Shown piece by piece: positions 1 to 12,740 of a DNA stretch of 64,000 nt. The position numbers were made by a program, and so were the translations under genes. The stretch lies in the NCBI GenBank assembly GCA_013265495.1, contig MU058636.1, forward strand, positions 3,211,967 through 3,275,966, given 5' to 3'. A model generated the notes under the pieces. That model had not been told where the DNA came from. It did not search any database and saw nothing but the letters and a program-made list of their open reading frames with translations. The DNA is from Vicugna vicugna. Lineage: Eukaryota. Every line of letters starts with the position of its first letter. The stretch's first letter is position 1.

Positions 1-249
1 GTGCTGGTCCTCAGACTCCTTCCCGGCAGGAGGGGGGTGGGGCAGGTTCCTGCCGCATCCTGAGCTCCTCTGGGGGCCCCCACTTACTCAGCATCAGCAG
101 AGAGAGATGGGCCAACGGTCAACCAGCCAGAATATTTTAAAGCAGTGATCACAAATACTTCAGTTATCACCCCAGGAAGCCAGTCTCTGCCTCCCCCTCC
201 CCTTTTTCAGATCTCATAAAAATAGGAAAAAAATTCCGTGGCTCTCCTA

Positions 250-455
250 GGTGCCAGCTACTGTGCTAAGTGCTTTACTTGTATCATGTTATCGAATGGT
301 CACAGCTCTGCAGGAGTCCCCATTTTCCAACCAAGGAAACAAAGGCTTTAAGAGGTTGAGTAACTTCCCAAGATTTGCACGGCTAGTAAGTTGCAGAAGC
401 TGGATTTAAACCGAGATGTAACCAGTCTTCCTACTGTGGTCTGAACCGCTATGCT
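250..455 (-). mobile_element. MIR SINE
   Basis: gtgccagctactgtgctaagtgcttta...ccccattttcc...aggaaac...gaggttgagtaacttcccaag. Confidence 0.75.
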
Positions 456-3400
456 CGGCTGCTTCAGCTGTGAAACCGTGAGCCAGTGGGAACAAATGTG
501 TGCTCTGCCAAGCAGAAACAATGTCCTAATCTGGAGGGTTCTCAGGCCTTAAAGCAGCTCCTGAGGGAAGACACCAGACCATCCTTAAGACATCATTTAG
601 CTCCCTGGGAGAAGGCCTTAGACAGCATGAGCCCTGGTGGCTGTGCCCCGCTCCCTGTAACAAAGGTCTAATTGGGCACCTGCCCTGTGCCAGAACAGCA
701 GTGCACTGGACCGAGCTGACTCTGAGGAACTCCTGTTCTAGAAGAGTGCAGCGGATAATCAGGTCACGATGAATGAGCAAGATAAATCCGAGAAGTGAGA
801 AATGCTGTGAAAACAGGGTGACGTGACAGAGAACCGGGGGCAGGTGGGGCAACCTGGTTGGGAGTGGGGACACACAGCCTTTCTGGGGAAGTGATTTGGA
901 GCCAAATCTGAATTTATTGTTCAAAACATCACTCAGGAGGGGTCAGCTGTTTACCATCTGGGGTAGGTCCTTTCTGGTCAGGGGACCATCAGAGACCACA
1001 ACCTCCCATAATCCTGGATGGAAACAGGCTTGAAAAAGGGAGGCAAAGGGATCTGATTCGTGTTTTTAGAAAGCCACCCTGGCTGCTGTTCGGAGAACTG
1101 GTCACAGAGAGGCAGGAGAGGAAACTGTGGTCCAGTGGACATCAGTGAGCCAGGCCAGAGAGGACAGGACCTGCCATCGGAGGGCAGTGTACGGGGGAAA
1201 CGCAGTCCACCGCACAAGCACCCACTCTCAGGGCTCCCACAGCAGCCCCAGGAGAGAATCAAGGACCACTTCCAGTCCCACCACCCAGCAGAGAGATTGA
1301 CGAGACTAGGGAGTGAAGGTGGTCCGAGCCCATTCTCCAGCCCAGCCTCAGGGTCCAGATGGTGGTCTGGCCCTCTGCCTGATGCCCGTGCCTGGAGGGA
1401 TGGAGGGACAGTCACTGGTGGACCCTGAAACCTGCCCAGAATCGGCACATTTCGGAATGACCTGGGAGGGAGAGCCAGCCAGGACCTGCTGATTGCTTCT
1501 GGTTGTGGGGGATGAAGGATATGGAAGTTAAGGGAGCCTGTGAGGTTTTTGGCCCAGACAAGGCCCTAGATGACCATTTCCTGAGAAATGAAGCACATTT
1601 AGGGGAAAACTCAAGGGTTCTGTTTATTGCAGTTTGTGACAACCTGTGACCTCCAAGTGATGTCAAGGAGGCAGCAGGAGGAAATACTCAGGGAGAGTCT
1701 GCTAAGGACTCGGCGCTGCCCCCACCCAGTGCCCGGAGATGGGGAGCAACCATCCTTCACTGCCCTCCCACTCACCACGGCTGCCCCTCCCACCCCCAGC
1801 CCCCTCTCCCCTGTGACAGCAGTTAGACACACAGGGCTCGGCCAGTTCCAAACTGCTTTCTCCCTTGAAGCTTAATTAAAAGGTAATTAATTTTTTAAAA
1901 AGCCATGAGCTCAGTTATGGAAGAACCGAGCTGATTAGGGAGATGCTGAGCCCGGCAAAGCAGGGCGTACTGTAAGCGGTCCTCTTCCTGCTGCTGTCTG
2001 GGGCCGTCCCTTAACGAAGTGATAATAAAGCCAGTTGACATTGACTTGAGCTTTACAACGAATCAAGCATTTCCCATGTTTTCACTCATCATATCCTCTC
2101 AACGACCGCAGGAAGTTGGTGAATAATATTATCCCTATTTTTCATATGGGATAATCAAGACGTGGAGATTTTAGTAACTAACCCAACATCTCACAGATAA
2201 TAATAATAATAATGGGTAGAAATGATATTCAAACCCAAGTCTGCTGACCCCAGCCTGCCGTGCTCCCAACCCTACCTATAACCACAGTGTGCCCGTCTCC
2301 CCACTCAGATCCGGGCACCCTGAGGCCTCTGGGGCAGCCGGGGAAGGTAGCCAAGGAAGAGGCTTTGCCTCAGTGTCTGTCCGCAGTCTGTCCTCAGCTG
2401 CGGCAACCCCACACCGCCACCGGCACACTGAGAGATCGGTTTTCCACGTGCAGGTTCTGAGCCAGACAAGCAACGTGGCCACAAGGGCTGCCCAATGCCC
2501 AGGTCAGGCAGTCTTGACTCCTTCCCTCACCTCAGCCCCGTCCATGGTTCCAGCAGGTGTGGAGAAGCCGGGGAGGCAGTGAGTGGAAGCCCAGGAGGGT
2601 GAGAGCAGGGCCCTGCCCCAGCCGCACCTTTCCTCTCAGACATATTCCTCCCAGAGCCAAACAGGAGATGACGGATGTGAGGACCACGTGTGGGGCGGAG
2701 AAGTGAAGGCTCCAACCGGAACCCACCATCTGGCTGCATCTCGTACTAGGTGATGAGCTAATTCAGCTCACGTACCATCTCTGAGTCAAGGTTTCCCCAT
2801 CTGTACAATGGGAACACCTATCTTTGCAGTGTTATTGTGAGATCAGTGATGATGGATGTTCAGACAGTATGCAGCAGATCTCGGGCCCTCGGAATTGTGG
2901 GTCATGGTGAAGAGAGTGAATTCTGGAACGAGGAACTTGGATTCTGCTTCTTCCAACTTCTCTGTAGGTTTAAATTTTTTCAAAATAAAAAATGTATATG
3001 AGTAGGTGGTAGAAGCGGGGAGGCGGGGGTAGGAAGGATGGGGTGGAATTTGGGGCTGTGGTTTCCTTGCCTCTCCCTGACCTTTGTCCCAAGCACAGGG
3101 CTCAGCCCCGGCTGCTTGAAGCTTCTGCTCTAGGAGAGGCAAGAATTTCACCACAGGAGAGTTCAAGCCTCACATCTTAGTGCGCAGGCGGGGATCTTTC
3201 CTAGTGCAGAAGCGGGAATGGGAAGGCTCTCCGGGCTAAAGGACTGGGGGGATGGAAGGGAGAGGCCCTGCAGATGGGCGCACGTGGTGCAGGAAGAGCC
3301 GATGCAGAGGCTCTGGCATTTGTTCAGTCTTCTGATGGAAGGGCCCTCGAGCTGGAGACATTCTCATTATGCAGACGGGAGTCACACCCTCCCCTTCTCT

Positions 3401-3609
3401 TACCTCTTCTCAGAGTTCCACTTCCGCCCCGGGGTGGTCTCTGTCTCCCTCCGCCCACCGCTCAGCTTGGCTACGTGGATGGAGCCCTGTCCTGAGACCG
3501 GCTCTGCAGCCCCACGTCACTGCTGTTTCCTCCAGACTGCACCGTCTCGGTCTCCCTTGCTCACTGCTCGTATTCAAATGGCTCCCCAAATCTTGAGATT
3601 TCCCCAGGA

Positions 3610-4200
3610 TCAGATCTGGGGGTGTCTTCCCCGCCTCCATACTCTGCCCCCTACGTGCTGTGTACCCCTAAGCCTATGACTCTGTTCCCAGTCAGTGTCC
3701 CAGTGGCCAGGCGTGGGTTCTCCGCTCTCTGCCAGACACCTCCATCTACACAGCCTCCATCTGCTCCGTAAACCCGACAGACCCCAGATGAATGAGGCGT
3801 GCTGCCCACACCCATACCCCAAGCCTGCTCTCCTCTGGGTCTTTTCCAGGTTTACGGCTACCCTGTCCATTCTTCTGAAACCTATCCATCCTCCTGTCTC
3901 CCCCACCCCCCATTCCCTAAATTCCACTGGCCACCCAAATCCTGCGGGTTCCACCTTCTGAATTCGCCTCACAACCCCTCCCTTCCATGCCTGCTGTCTC
4001 CGGCCAGCGCGCACAGCTTCCACACTGATTACTGAAAGAATCTGCAATCAGGTCTCGAGGTTTTCTGTCTTGCTTCCTCCAAAATAGCTCCTATGCTGCC
4101 CACACGATAATCTTAGTTACAAACCTGACCCTGTCACTTTGCCGCGGGGCATGAAGTCCCTCTATAATTAGCCTCAGGTTCTGGTATGTCCCTCCTTCTG
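3610..4200 (+). mobile_element. L2 fragment
   Basis: ccactggccacccaaatcctgcgggttccaccttctgaat...ctgaccctgtcact, decayed L2 body. Confidence 0.5.
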
Positions 4201-4231
4201 GTCACAACGGACTAGTCACAGAACCCCAAGG

Positions 4232-5230
4232 TGATACTGTGATTCATAATAAGAAATATATATTTAGTCTTCGTCTGTCTTGTCAGGTTACCTTGCCCCC
4301 ACCTTCCTGGCAGAGCTCTTAAACACTTGGAATTTCCTAAGTGCTGAGAGAAATCAAGGTGTTTTTTGTTATGTTACTGAGGGAACTTTTGGAAAGCCCC
4401 TAAGTCACCAAGGGATAGGGGCTGGTCGCCAGAAGAACCCACCACGTGATCGGAGGGTTGGAACTTCAAGTCCCGCCCCAGACCTCCCGGGAGGGCAGAG
4501 GGGCTGGAGGTTGAATCAATCACCAATGACATGATTTAACCAGTCATGTCCACGTAAGGAAGCCTCCATAAAACCCCAGAAGGACAGGGTTTGGAGAGCT
4601 TCCAAGTTGGAGAACCAGAGCATATCCACAGGATGCTCCTCTAGTCCCCAAACGCCACAGGGACCCAAGCTCCTTTCTTCAAAACCTCACCTGTGTACTC
4701 TTCATCTGGCTGTTGAGTCTTTCGCTCTTTCTTTCTTTCTTCCTTTCTTTCTTTCTTTCTTTCTTTCTTTCTGGCAAGGGAAGTAATTAGGTTTATTTAT
4801 TTCTTTGATTTTTTTTTAATGGAGGTACTAGGGATTGAACTCAGGACCCCATGCATGCTAGGCACACACCCTCCCTACTGAGCTGTTCCCTCCCTCCTTG
4901 GCTGTTGACTCTTATTCTTTGTAATAAACTAGTAATCTAGTGAGTAAACTGGTTTCCTGAGTTCTGTGAGGCCTTCTAGAAAATTAATTGAACCCAAGGC
5001 GACGATCAGGAGAACCTCGGATTTATGGTCAGTTGGTAAGAAGCACAGGGCTCGTGATGAGCATCTGAAGTGGGGGCGTCTTGTGGGGCTGAGCCCTTCA
5101 CTCCTACAATGTGGTGCTTCCTCCAGGTAGAGAGTTTCAGAATTGGGCTGCACTGTGGGACACCCAGCTGGTGTCTGAGAATTGCGTGGTGCGGGGAACC
5201 CCACCCCACCCCGGAACTGGTGTCAGAATC
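4232..5230 (+). mobile_element. MER21-like solo LTR interrupted by a SINE
   Basis: Begins tgatactgtgattcataataagaaatatatatttagtcttc and ends ...tggtgtcagaa, resembling the MER21 consensus termini as I recall them. Confidence 0.7.
4721..4898 (-). mobile_element. tRNA-derived SINE (camelid Vic-1 type)
   Basis: Reverse complement reads gggagggaacagctcagtagg...ggtcctgagttcaatccctagtacctcc (A and B boxes), with a (GAAA)n tail. TSD tggctgttga(g/c)tct at 4707-4720 and 4899-4912. Confidence 0.88.
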
Positions 5231-7515
5231 TCACCCGGACGCTCCTAGCTGGTTCCCACCTCCAGGCTCTACCTGCGTTTCCCTCCGTCTACGGTGCTCA
5301 CCACTTCAAGGATGCCTAACATCCTCCCAGACTCCGCGCTGACCTCAGCGCTCCTTTCAGTGCTCCCACAGCAATGCGGGTGTGACTCTAGTGTATCCTG
5401 TACTGTGCTGTGTGTGAACATTTCAGCTGGGCTCACAGGAAGCAGGGACAACATCTGACTCACTGTCTGTCTCCAGGGCCCATCATTGTGCTTGACTTCA
5501 TAAATATTTGTCACAAGAAGTCAATCTGAGAAACCCTGGAGTCATAAGACGTTTAGAACTGGAAGAGAACCCGCAGAGCACCTAGTCGCACAGCCTCACT
5601 CTCACCTGGAGAAGCTGAGAACCGGAGAGGCGGGAGGCTGGCTTACTGTTGCTGGAACCGAGATTCTCTTTCCCCTTTAGTCCGCATGAAATCAGGTATG
5701 TAGATGAGTGAAAGAACGTGCGTGTGCAGGTGAGGGGAACTCCAGGCTCCCGCGCGCCGCACATGGGAGCATCTCCCAGTTCGGGAGATCCTGAATTACA
5801 GAAATACGCAGGTGGTACATCGCATCGTGTATCCTCTTTTCATCAGCCTCCTGACTGCGCTCAGGATACTGACTCCTGGCCTGGATCTCTGTTCACATCC
5901 TCCCGCCCAGCATGAGGCTGGCTGCAGTGTGTGATGAACCTTTTGCCTGGCTCAGAGGGCATCTCCAGGGCCCGAGTTCCTTTTATCACCATTTTATACT
6001 CGGGATTGTTAAGACACTTGGTATCCCAGGCAACCTGAATGCAGCTCCCCGACGTTTTAACCCAAAAAGACAGTTCCAAGGGGAAGAAAGAACAATCGTC
6101 ACCAGGTACTACACGCTCGGGAAGCTACTGTGTGACCTGTCAAGGGACAACTCTCCAAGGGACTGGGGAGCCTCTGGGGCTTTGGGGGGCGTGGGGGTGG
6201 AAAGGAAGGGCCAGGGGGAGAATCTCAGCTACGTAAGAACAGATCCTTTTTTCAATCTATGAAAATAGATCTCTGCAGTCTGAAACCGCAGCTGAGTGTT
6301 TCTGCAGGGGAATCCACAGGTTTCTCCATCAGCCCCAGTGCGGGTTAATCTTGAAATCACTCAGCCAGAGTCATGAGGTGTAGCCCGCAGTTTCCTGATA
6401 TTGGGAGAGTCCCCCAACCGGTTCCAGAGCTCAACATCCAGCCCCACTGCCCTTGACATGGAGCTGCCAAAGGACTACCAAGCCAGCCTGTTTGCAAACT
6501 CACTCCCCCTCCTCCCACACAGCCACCTCTCCTGCAACTTCCTTTGAAACATTGCCCTTGAATTCAGCTTCAGGATTCCTGTAAGTCCCCAGAGAACAGC
6601 AGACGTTCTGATGTTATGGGGCCCCCATTCATCAAACCTTGGGCCATTTCCACGTGGGGTGCCTTGTTTCTCACAGGAAACGAAACAAAGGAGGCTGCCA
6701 AGCATGTGTCTCCATGAGTCAGGAAGCCGTCCCCCCAGAGGACTGCGGGGCCCTGCTGCCCGCCAGGTCTGCACGCGTGCAGAGGGGAAAGGAAAAGGAT
6801 GTTCTGAACCTCCAGGGCAAGCACAGCCTTTGATAAGCAGACGTTCTTCAGGCCGAAGAGTGGCCTGGGAACTCTTTGCTGGTTTTAAGTGTGTGGTCCC
6901 ACAGAGGGGCGTGGGGTGTCTGGCTGCCCAGGCGGCGCAGCGCCAGGGGACGGATGGAGCTCGGCATTGCGCGCCCTCCGCGGGTGGCTCCAGATGTCCT
7001 CCTGCGGATCAGCCTTGCAGAAAGTCCCCTGCAAGCTTTCTTGTGTGGCCCTCCCAACCCCAGGCCATGTCCGCAGGGTGCGGGTGTTTCCCTTGCCCCA
7101 TATTTTGCAGGACCTGGCTCAGCTGCATTCTACCAACTTCTGGGGTCACCAAAGCCATGTGACGCGAGATCGCCAGGAGCCCTCTGGGAGGCCTGGCGCC
7201 CACCCTGCCTCTTCTCCGCCCCACTCTCTTCTTAGTTTCTGATGCTCCGGTGATGCCGGCGCTGTTGTCCTGAGGCCACTGCCGATTCTCAAGGGCTCTA
7301 GCTCTCATCACCACAGGAAGCTGGGACCCCGCTGATGCGTCAGAGCTTCAAGGCGCCCCGAGCCAACGCTGGAAGGAGCCAGAGCTGGAAGATCTCTCAC
7401 CCTCCCCTTTCCTTCTGCTTGTTTTCTTGTTTGGGCCTCCACCTCCCCCACCCCACCCTGCTGCCCAGGGCTCTGACTCAGCCTTAAGGTGTGTAAGGGT
7501 GGAGGGGGCAGAGTA

Positions 7516-7984
7516 TGTTACTGAGCCCAGGCTGGTACTGCTCGCTGCAGGAAAGGCCAGTAAATCGAGAGACAAGTTGCCAGGGCAAGGAATAGTGACC
7601 TTATTCAGCGAGCCAGCAGACCGAGAAGATGGTGGACTAGTGTCTCAAAGAATCATCTTGCCCGAGTCAGAATTCAGGCTCCTTTTATATTAAAGGGGAG
7701 AGAGTAGAGTCAAATCTTTCCTGGTTCTATCAGCCTCCAGAGGGGATGTGTTCACTGTCTCCTTCCTGCAGTCATGCACAGGGGGGCCTGGTCAGGATGC
7801 TTCCTGTGAGCTAAACGAAGGTATTTTAGCTTGATGCTCATTACCAGGGAGGCAGGGTTCCCAGAGATGGGCCATTATGTGTAATTTAAGCTTATAGGCA
7901 ACATCCCTTTAATGATTAACAAGTAACAGAATACAAAGATAAAACAGATCCAATATGCAGTCAGATTTGTTCTTCCCTATTGCA
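7516..7984 (-). mobile_element. ERV1-like solo LTR
   Basis: TG...CA termini (tgttactg...tattgca), ~470 bp. Reverse-complement TATA (ttttatatt) and a poly(A)-like signal lie in LTR order on the minus strand. Family not determined. Confidence 0.6.
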
Positions 7985-8134
7985 CGTGGAGATGTGACCA
8001 AGGGGCCCTGTTGTAGCAGACAGTCTTCCCCACTAGGATGTTGGGGAGGACCCCATTCTTTCTTCCTTTAAAAAAGCTTATTGCCTGGAAGGGCCCTCAG
8101 GCCCTCCTGGCAGGGCCGTCACCCCACAGGGCTA

Positions 8135-8630
8135 GGTCTTGGGCTGAATGCTGATTAATCCTAAGCCACGACCCTGTGTTAGTAAACACTGGCCTCAGCC
8201 GTGAATGAGTGAAAAGCCACCAGGTAACAGTGACTTAAAGAAGACATGCTTTTGTCCCTCTTACATCCCCACGAAGGCTGGGGTTGGAGAGTCCCAGGCA
8301 GTTACAGGGACCCCGAGGGACCCGGGCCGCTTCGGTCCTGCAGCTCTGCTGCATGTGCTCCCACGGTCTCCTTGGGAGAATGCATCCCTGTTCCAGCGAA
8401 CAGGGAAGAGAAAGACTGGAAAGGGCACAGCCCCTCTTCCTAAGGACACTTCCTGGAAGCTGGAGCCACCACCTCTGCTTACATCCATCAGCCCGCGTGC
8501 ACTCACCGGGCCGTCCCCAGCTGAAAGGAAGGCTGGGAAAGGCAGTCTTTATTCCCAGTGGACCGTGCCCAGTAAAAACTTGGGGTCAGTTCTAAAAAGA
8601 GCAGACAATGGGTAGAAGTCTCTGCCACAG
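8135..8630 (-). mobile_element. Old MLT1 (J/K-like) LTR
   Basis: taacagtgacttaaagaagac...acttcctggaagc...gaaggctgggaaaggcagtcttt...tctctgccaca. Confidence 0.55.
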
Positions 8631-8789
8631 ACGTCCACTCCTCATAGCCACGAGAATTAATGCCCCAGAGGCGTGGAGGACCCTAAGGCAACGCTCACTT
8701 TGAGAATCCTTAATTATCACGGTGGGTCCCTCACAGTCCTCTCCTGATGAAGCCCCCTGCCTCTTCCACACACCACTGCCCCCCAACCA

Positions 8790-8970
8790 GGCAGTTTCCC
8801 CACGTGCAGCCTGCAGTCTACCTGCCTCAGAACCCCCCGAGCGCCTTCTTAAACATGCAGATTCTTGGGCCCTCCAGGCTCATTGGATTCGAATATCAGA
8901 GTGAGCCTACAGATCTGTAATTCATAGTCACGTTTTTGGGTCAGTTTTATTTTTAAGCACACTAAAATTT
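8790..8970. mobile_element. MER5-like hAT MITE
   Basis: cttaaacatgcagattcttgggccctcc...gaatatcag...gcctacagatctgta. Confidence 0.5.
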
Positions 8971-9904
8971 CATGTCCACAGCTGAGTCCATCTTGGAGAA
9001 ATTAGACCATTTCTGAGACTGTTAAACATAAAAATCCTGGAACTAACACTAAGTGATGAGTTTGGGGGAAGGGTGTTCAGGAGGTCACAGGCTGTGGCGT
9101 CTGGGAGTGCCCCTCCGACATCCGACCCGCCTCGAGGAGCTGGTCCAAGGCCTTTGAGGGTGCGCTTGCTATCTGTCTTCGGGTCACCAAAGACAAATCA
9201 GTAGTGACTGGAGGTAAGATAGCCTTTTCCGCTGCCCTGGAGGCAGGGAGCAGCCTCAGTGGTGAAGCCATAGACAAGAAGCAAGGGGACCCACGTCAGG
9301 GAAGCACCAGCCGCCCCCAGGGGAGCCAGAGAGCCGCTGGGACCTTCTGAGAAAGGGAAGTCCAAACAGCAGGACCTTCTCGGGGTTGAGGTTTAGGAAG
9401 CAGCGACTTGACATCCGGTGAGCAGCCTCCCAGTGGAGGCAGGGCTGCGTATGCAGCAGGGTGGGTGGGCATTTTCAGTCATCACAGTGATGGAGCGGGT
9501 AGTGTTACTGGCATATAGAGACCAATGACGCTAGTCACCCCGAGGTGTGAAGGACAGCCCCAGCCCATGAAGAGTTTTCTCGAGTCCCCTGGGATACTGA
9601 TGTTAATAGTCACCTAAGCTTAGAAATGAACTCCTTTGTACATAATTTACCAAAAACTACACCTGGTATTTTTCTGAACTACTTAAATATGTGTTGAAAT
9701 TTTCAAGCATGTATCTCTCAAGTTATTAGCTCTCCCCACAACAGCATCCTCCACAACCCCCCTAAAAAACCCCTGGTGACCAGGATGCCTTTCAAAATAT
9801 AGGGACCTCTCAGAATGTCAGTTTAAAGGGAAGAAAGGGATAACACACTCAAAGGAGGAGCGCAAATGGCCAGTCCATCAAACTGAACCCAAAGAGATTT
9901 TGCA

Positions 9905-10200
9905 GGGGGTGGGGGAGGGATAAATTAGGAGTTTTGGATTAGTAGATACAAACTACTATACATAAAATAGATAAACAACAAGGTCCTACTATATAGAACA
10001 GGGAACTGTATTCAATACCTTGTAATAACCTATAATAAAAAAGAATATGAAAGCGAACATATATATCTATAACTGAATCACTGTGCTGTACACCAGAAAC
10101 TAACACAGTACAATAAACAATATAGTAAATCAACTACACTTCAATAGAAAATTTTTAAAATTAAAGCAAAATTAAATAGAACCTCAAAAAAAAAAAAACA
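9905..10200 (+). mobile_element. 5'-truncated L1 3' end (cetartiodactyl type)
   Basis: G-rich tract, then aaatagataaacaacaaggtcctac...aactgaatcactgtgctgtacaccagaaactaacac...caactacacttcaat and an A tail. Same sequence family as the copies at 18812 and 32317. Confidence 0.85.
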
Positions 10201-12039
10201 ACAAAAACCCCTCCCCCATCAGTGTAGACCATGTGGCTTCCTGTGTTGCCGGCACAGACCCCACCTCCCCAGCCCTCAGGAGGATTCAGGACAGTTTAAC
10301 ACAGTCATTTTGTTACCAGGGATGTTCCAACAGACTTGCTTTACTCTCGTTTTGACCCAAGAACATTTTGATGTGGACAGAAATCAAGCTTTCAACTATT
10401 TTTATTACCAAGTAACAAACGAAACAGACATTCTGTCCCCAGGCCCCGGCCTCACCTCCTGTCTCACGCCATGCTGGTCCTCCCCACCTTCTGGGAAACG
10501 GGGTGCTTACGGCTCAGAGACGGGCTGAAGGTCAGGAAGTCTGCTGTGCCGATTTCTTGGTAATAAAGTCTGTTCTCACATTTTGCGATGGATCTTTCTG
10601 TTACAGAATAGCCTCCCCAAATGGCCCTCGTCCAAGCGGTGTTCTCAAATTCTCTGTTTCACCCAACGCCAGAGGAAACAGGGCTGGGAGATGGAGCCCC
10701 CTGGCAAGCCCAGATGGGCAGAGAGTACCTGGAGAGCTCAGCAGAGGTGAAGTGGGGGGCTGTTGCTGCCCGCCTGTCTCTGGCTCTCCCCTGTCTTCAG
10801 GCGAGGGTGAGAGGCGAGGTGCGCTGGAACAGACTCCGCAGACGTGCTGCTCACCCAGGTGGAATCTGCTAGGGTGCTTTAGAAAAGTACGGGTGCCCGG
10901 GGCCCATCCTGATGGTGGCGTTTCGTTAAGCCTGGGGGACTGGCACAGGAGGCTGGGGAGGGAGCTCCTGCCTTCCAGGGGCCTCCAGCACAGGCTCCTC
11001 CTGGGACACTGGGAGGCTCAGGGAGGCTGGCCCGCTCTTCATCCCAGATCGCGTGCGTCTTTGTCTCCAGACCCAGCTTCTAGACGCCCCCTTTCTCGGT
11101 CATTGCTGTCACCAGGGCCCTGGCACATGGTAGGTGCTCAGTAAACATTGGTTGAATGATTGAGCGATTAGTTCCTGTCAAGCTCTCCTCTGCTCTGAGT
11201 CCATCCTTGAGGGCCAACCAAGATGGGTGGGGGGACACAGCTCTTCACTCGGGCCTGGGGGCTCGGGGCTGGTGAGTTGCACATGTTTCAAGGGAGTCCT
11301 GCTCACACATGAAACATCAGACGGGCTGCCTGGCTCTCCAGCCCCTTGCCTCTTGCCACAGCCAGGCTGGAAACTACCACCAGTGACAAACGCACGGCTG
11401 ACAGGCTGGTCCCGTGTGAGCAGGGCACTGGCACCTCCAAGTGCCAGGCTTTGGCTTCCTGTGGTTTGGGGCCGACGGTTTGGAGGGGATCCACCACTTA
11501 GCAGAGCGGAGCTGCAGGAGTGACACGCGTGACAGTCAGGGGCCCCGTGCCAGGAGAGCCTTCCTGCCCAAAACGTATGGTGCGTGTCCAAGGGCTCTCA
11601 AGGCACCCGAAGCCGTGCCAATTTGCAATAATTAAGCGGTAAGACCCAAGTGAGTGGGTTTGCTGTTGCTGCGTGACAGCAGATGCCTGGCGTAGGCATG
11701 GAGGCCCTGCACACAGCCTCTGCATTGTGCTGAAAACCGTGGTGTTGAAACTCTGAAATAATCAATGATGAAAAGATGGGAAAACGATGACGGTGCTGTG
11801 GGGCTAAGGCCCCAGCTCCCTCCCAGGGCTCCCACACATCCCCTTCTTCACCCTGACAGCGTCCGGGGGAGGCAGACACCTGGCCCGACCTCTGCCCTCC
11901 ATTATCCAGACAGACAGTCTGCCACGCAGGGCCGAGGCCTCAGCCTGAGTGATCCACACAGGTGGGTGGAGATGCCCCTGGATCCCCGCCCACGGCCCTG
12001 TCCGTCTCTTGCCCCTGTGCTTTGCGAGGGCCTACGAGT

Positions 12040-12232
12040 GCCAGGCCTGAGTACTTCATAGACATCATCTGTTTCAAATTTCATAAAAGCTCTGTGAATT
12101 AGGTGGTAGGGTCCCCATTTTACAGATGAGAAAAGTGAGGCTTAGAGCTGTTACACTATTTACCCAGGTCACACCGGTCATCACAGGAGGGAGTGGAACC
12201 CAGGTCTGCTTGACACCAAAGCCCGTGCTCTC
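12040..12232 (-). mobile_element. MIR SINE
   Basis: ccccattttacagatgagaaaagtgaggcttagag core. Confidence 0.8.
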
Positions 12233-12292
12233 CACCAGCACAGCCTACTGCCTCTGAAGCAAGCAAAAGTGGGCGTGATAACTTGGTTTGGA

Positions 12293-12740
12293 TCAGTTTC
12301 CCACAGCTGCTGTAACGAAGTACCATGAGGTCGGGGGCTTAAAACAACAGAAACTTCTTCTCTTACAGCTCTAGACTAGATCTAGACTAGAAGTCCAAGA
12401 TCAAGTTGTAAGGAGGGCCGTGCTCTCGCAAGGGCTCTCAGGGAGAATCCGCCCCACGCCTTTTTCTTAGCTTCTGGGGAGGCAGGCACTTCTCGGTATT
12501 CCTTGGCTTGGCAGCCATGTCACTCCAGCCCTCCATCCCCACATGACATTTTCCACGTGCGTGTCTGTCTTCCCAAGGCCTTTTTCTGATAAGGACATGA
12601 GTCCTATCGGATCACTCCTACGTCCGTATTGTATTTAACTAATTACTTTTCTAAGGAGCCTATTTCCAAATAAGGTCACAATTAGAGGCACTGCGGATTA
12701 GGACTTGAACATAGCTATTATGGAGGGGGGACATAAGTCA
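12293..12740 (-). mobile_element. MLT1 LTR
   Basis: gctgctgtaacgaagtaccat...ggcttaaaacaacagaaac...ctatttccaaataaggtcaca...ttaggacttgaacat, the reverse-complement MLT1 signature. Confidence 0.8.

Noticed and set aside
6611..7314. Cluster of overlapping long ORFs in a CpG-rich patch
   Set aside because: Open in several frames on both strands, which reflects GC content rather than coding.
10503..11144. 213-aa ORF, the longest in the window
   Set aside because: No recognisable domain; composition typical of chance GC-rich ORFs; ends in an L2 3' tail.
12370..12391. Tandem 11-bp duplication tctagactaga x2
   Set aside because: Simple slippage inside an MLT1 LTR with no functional indication.
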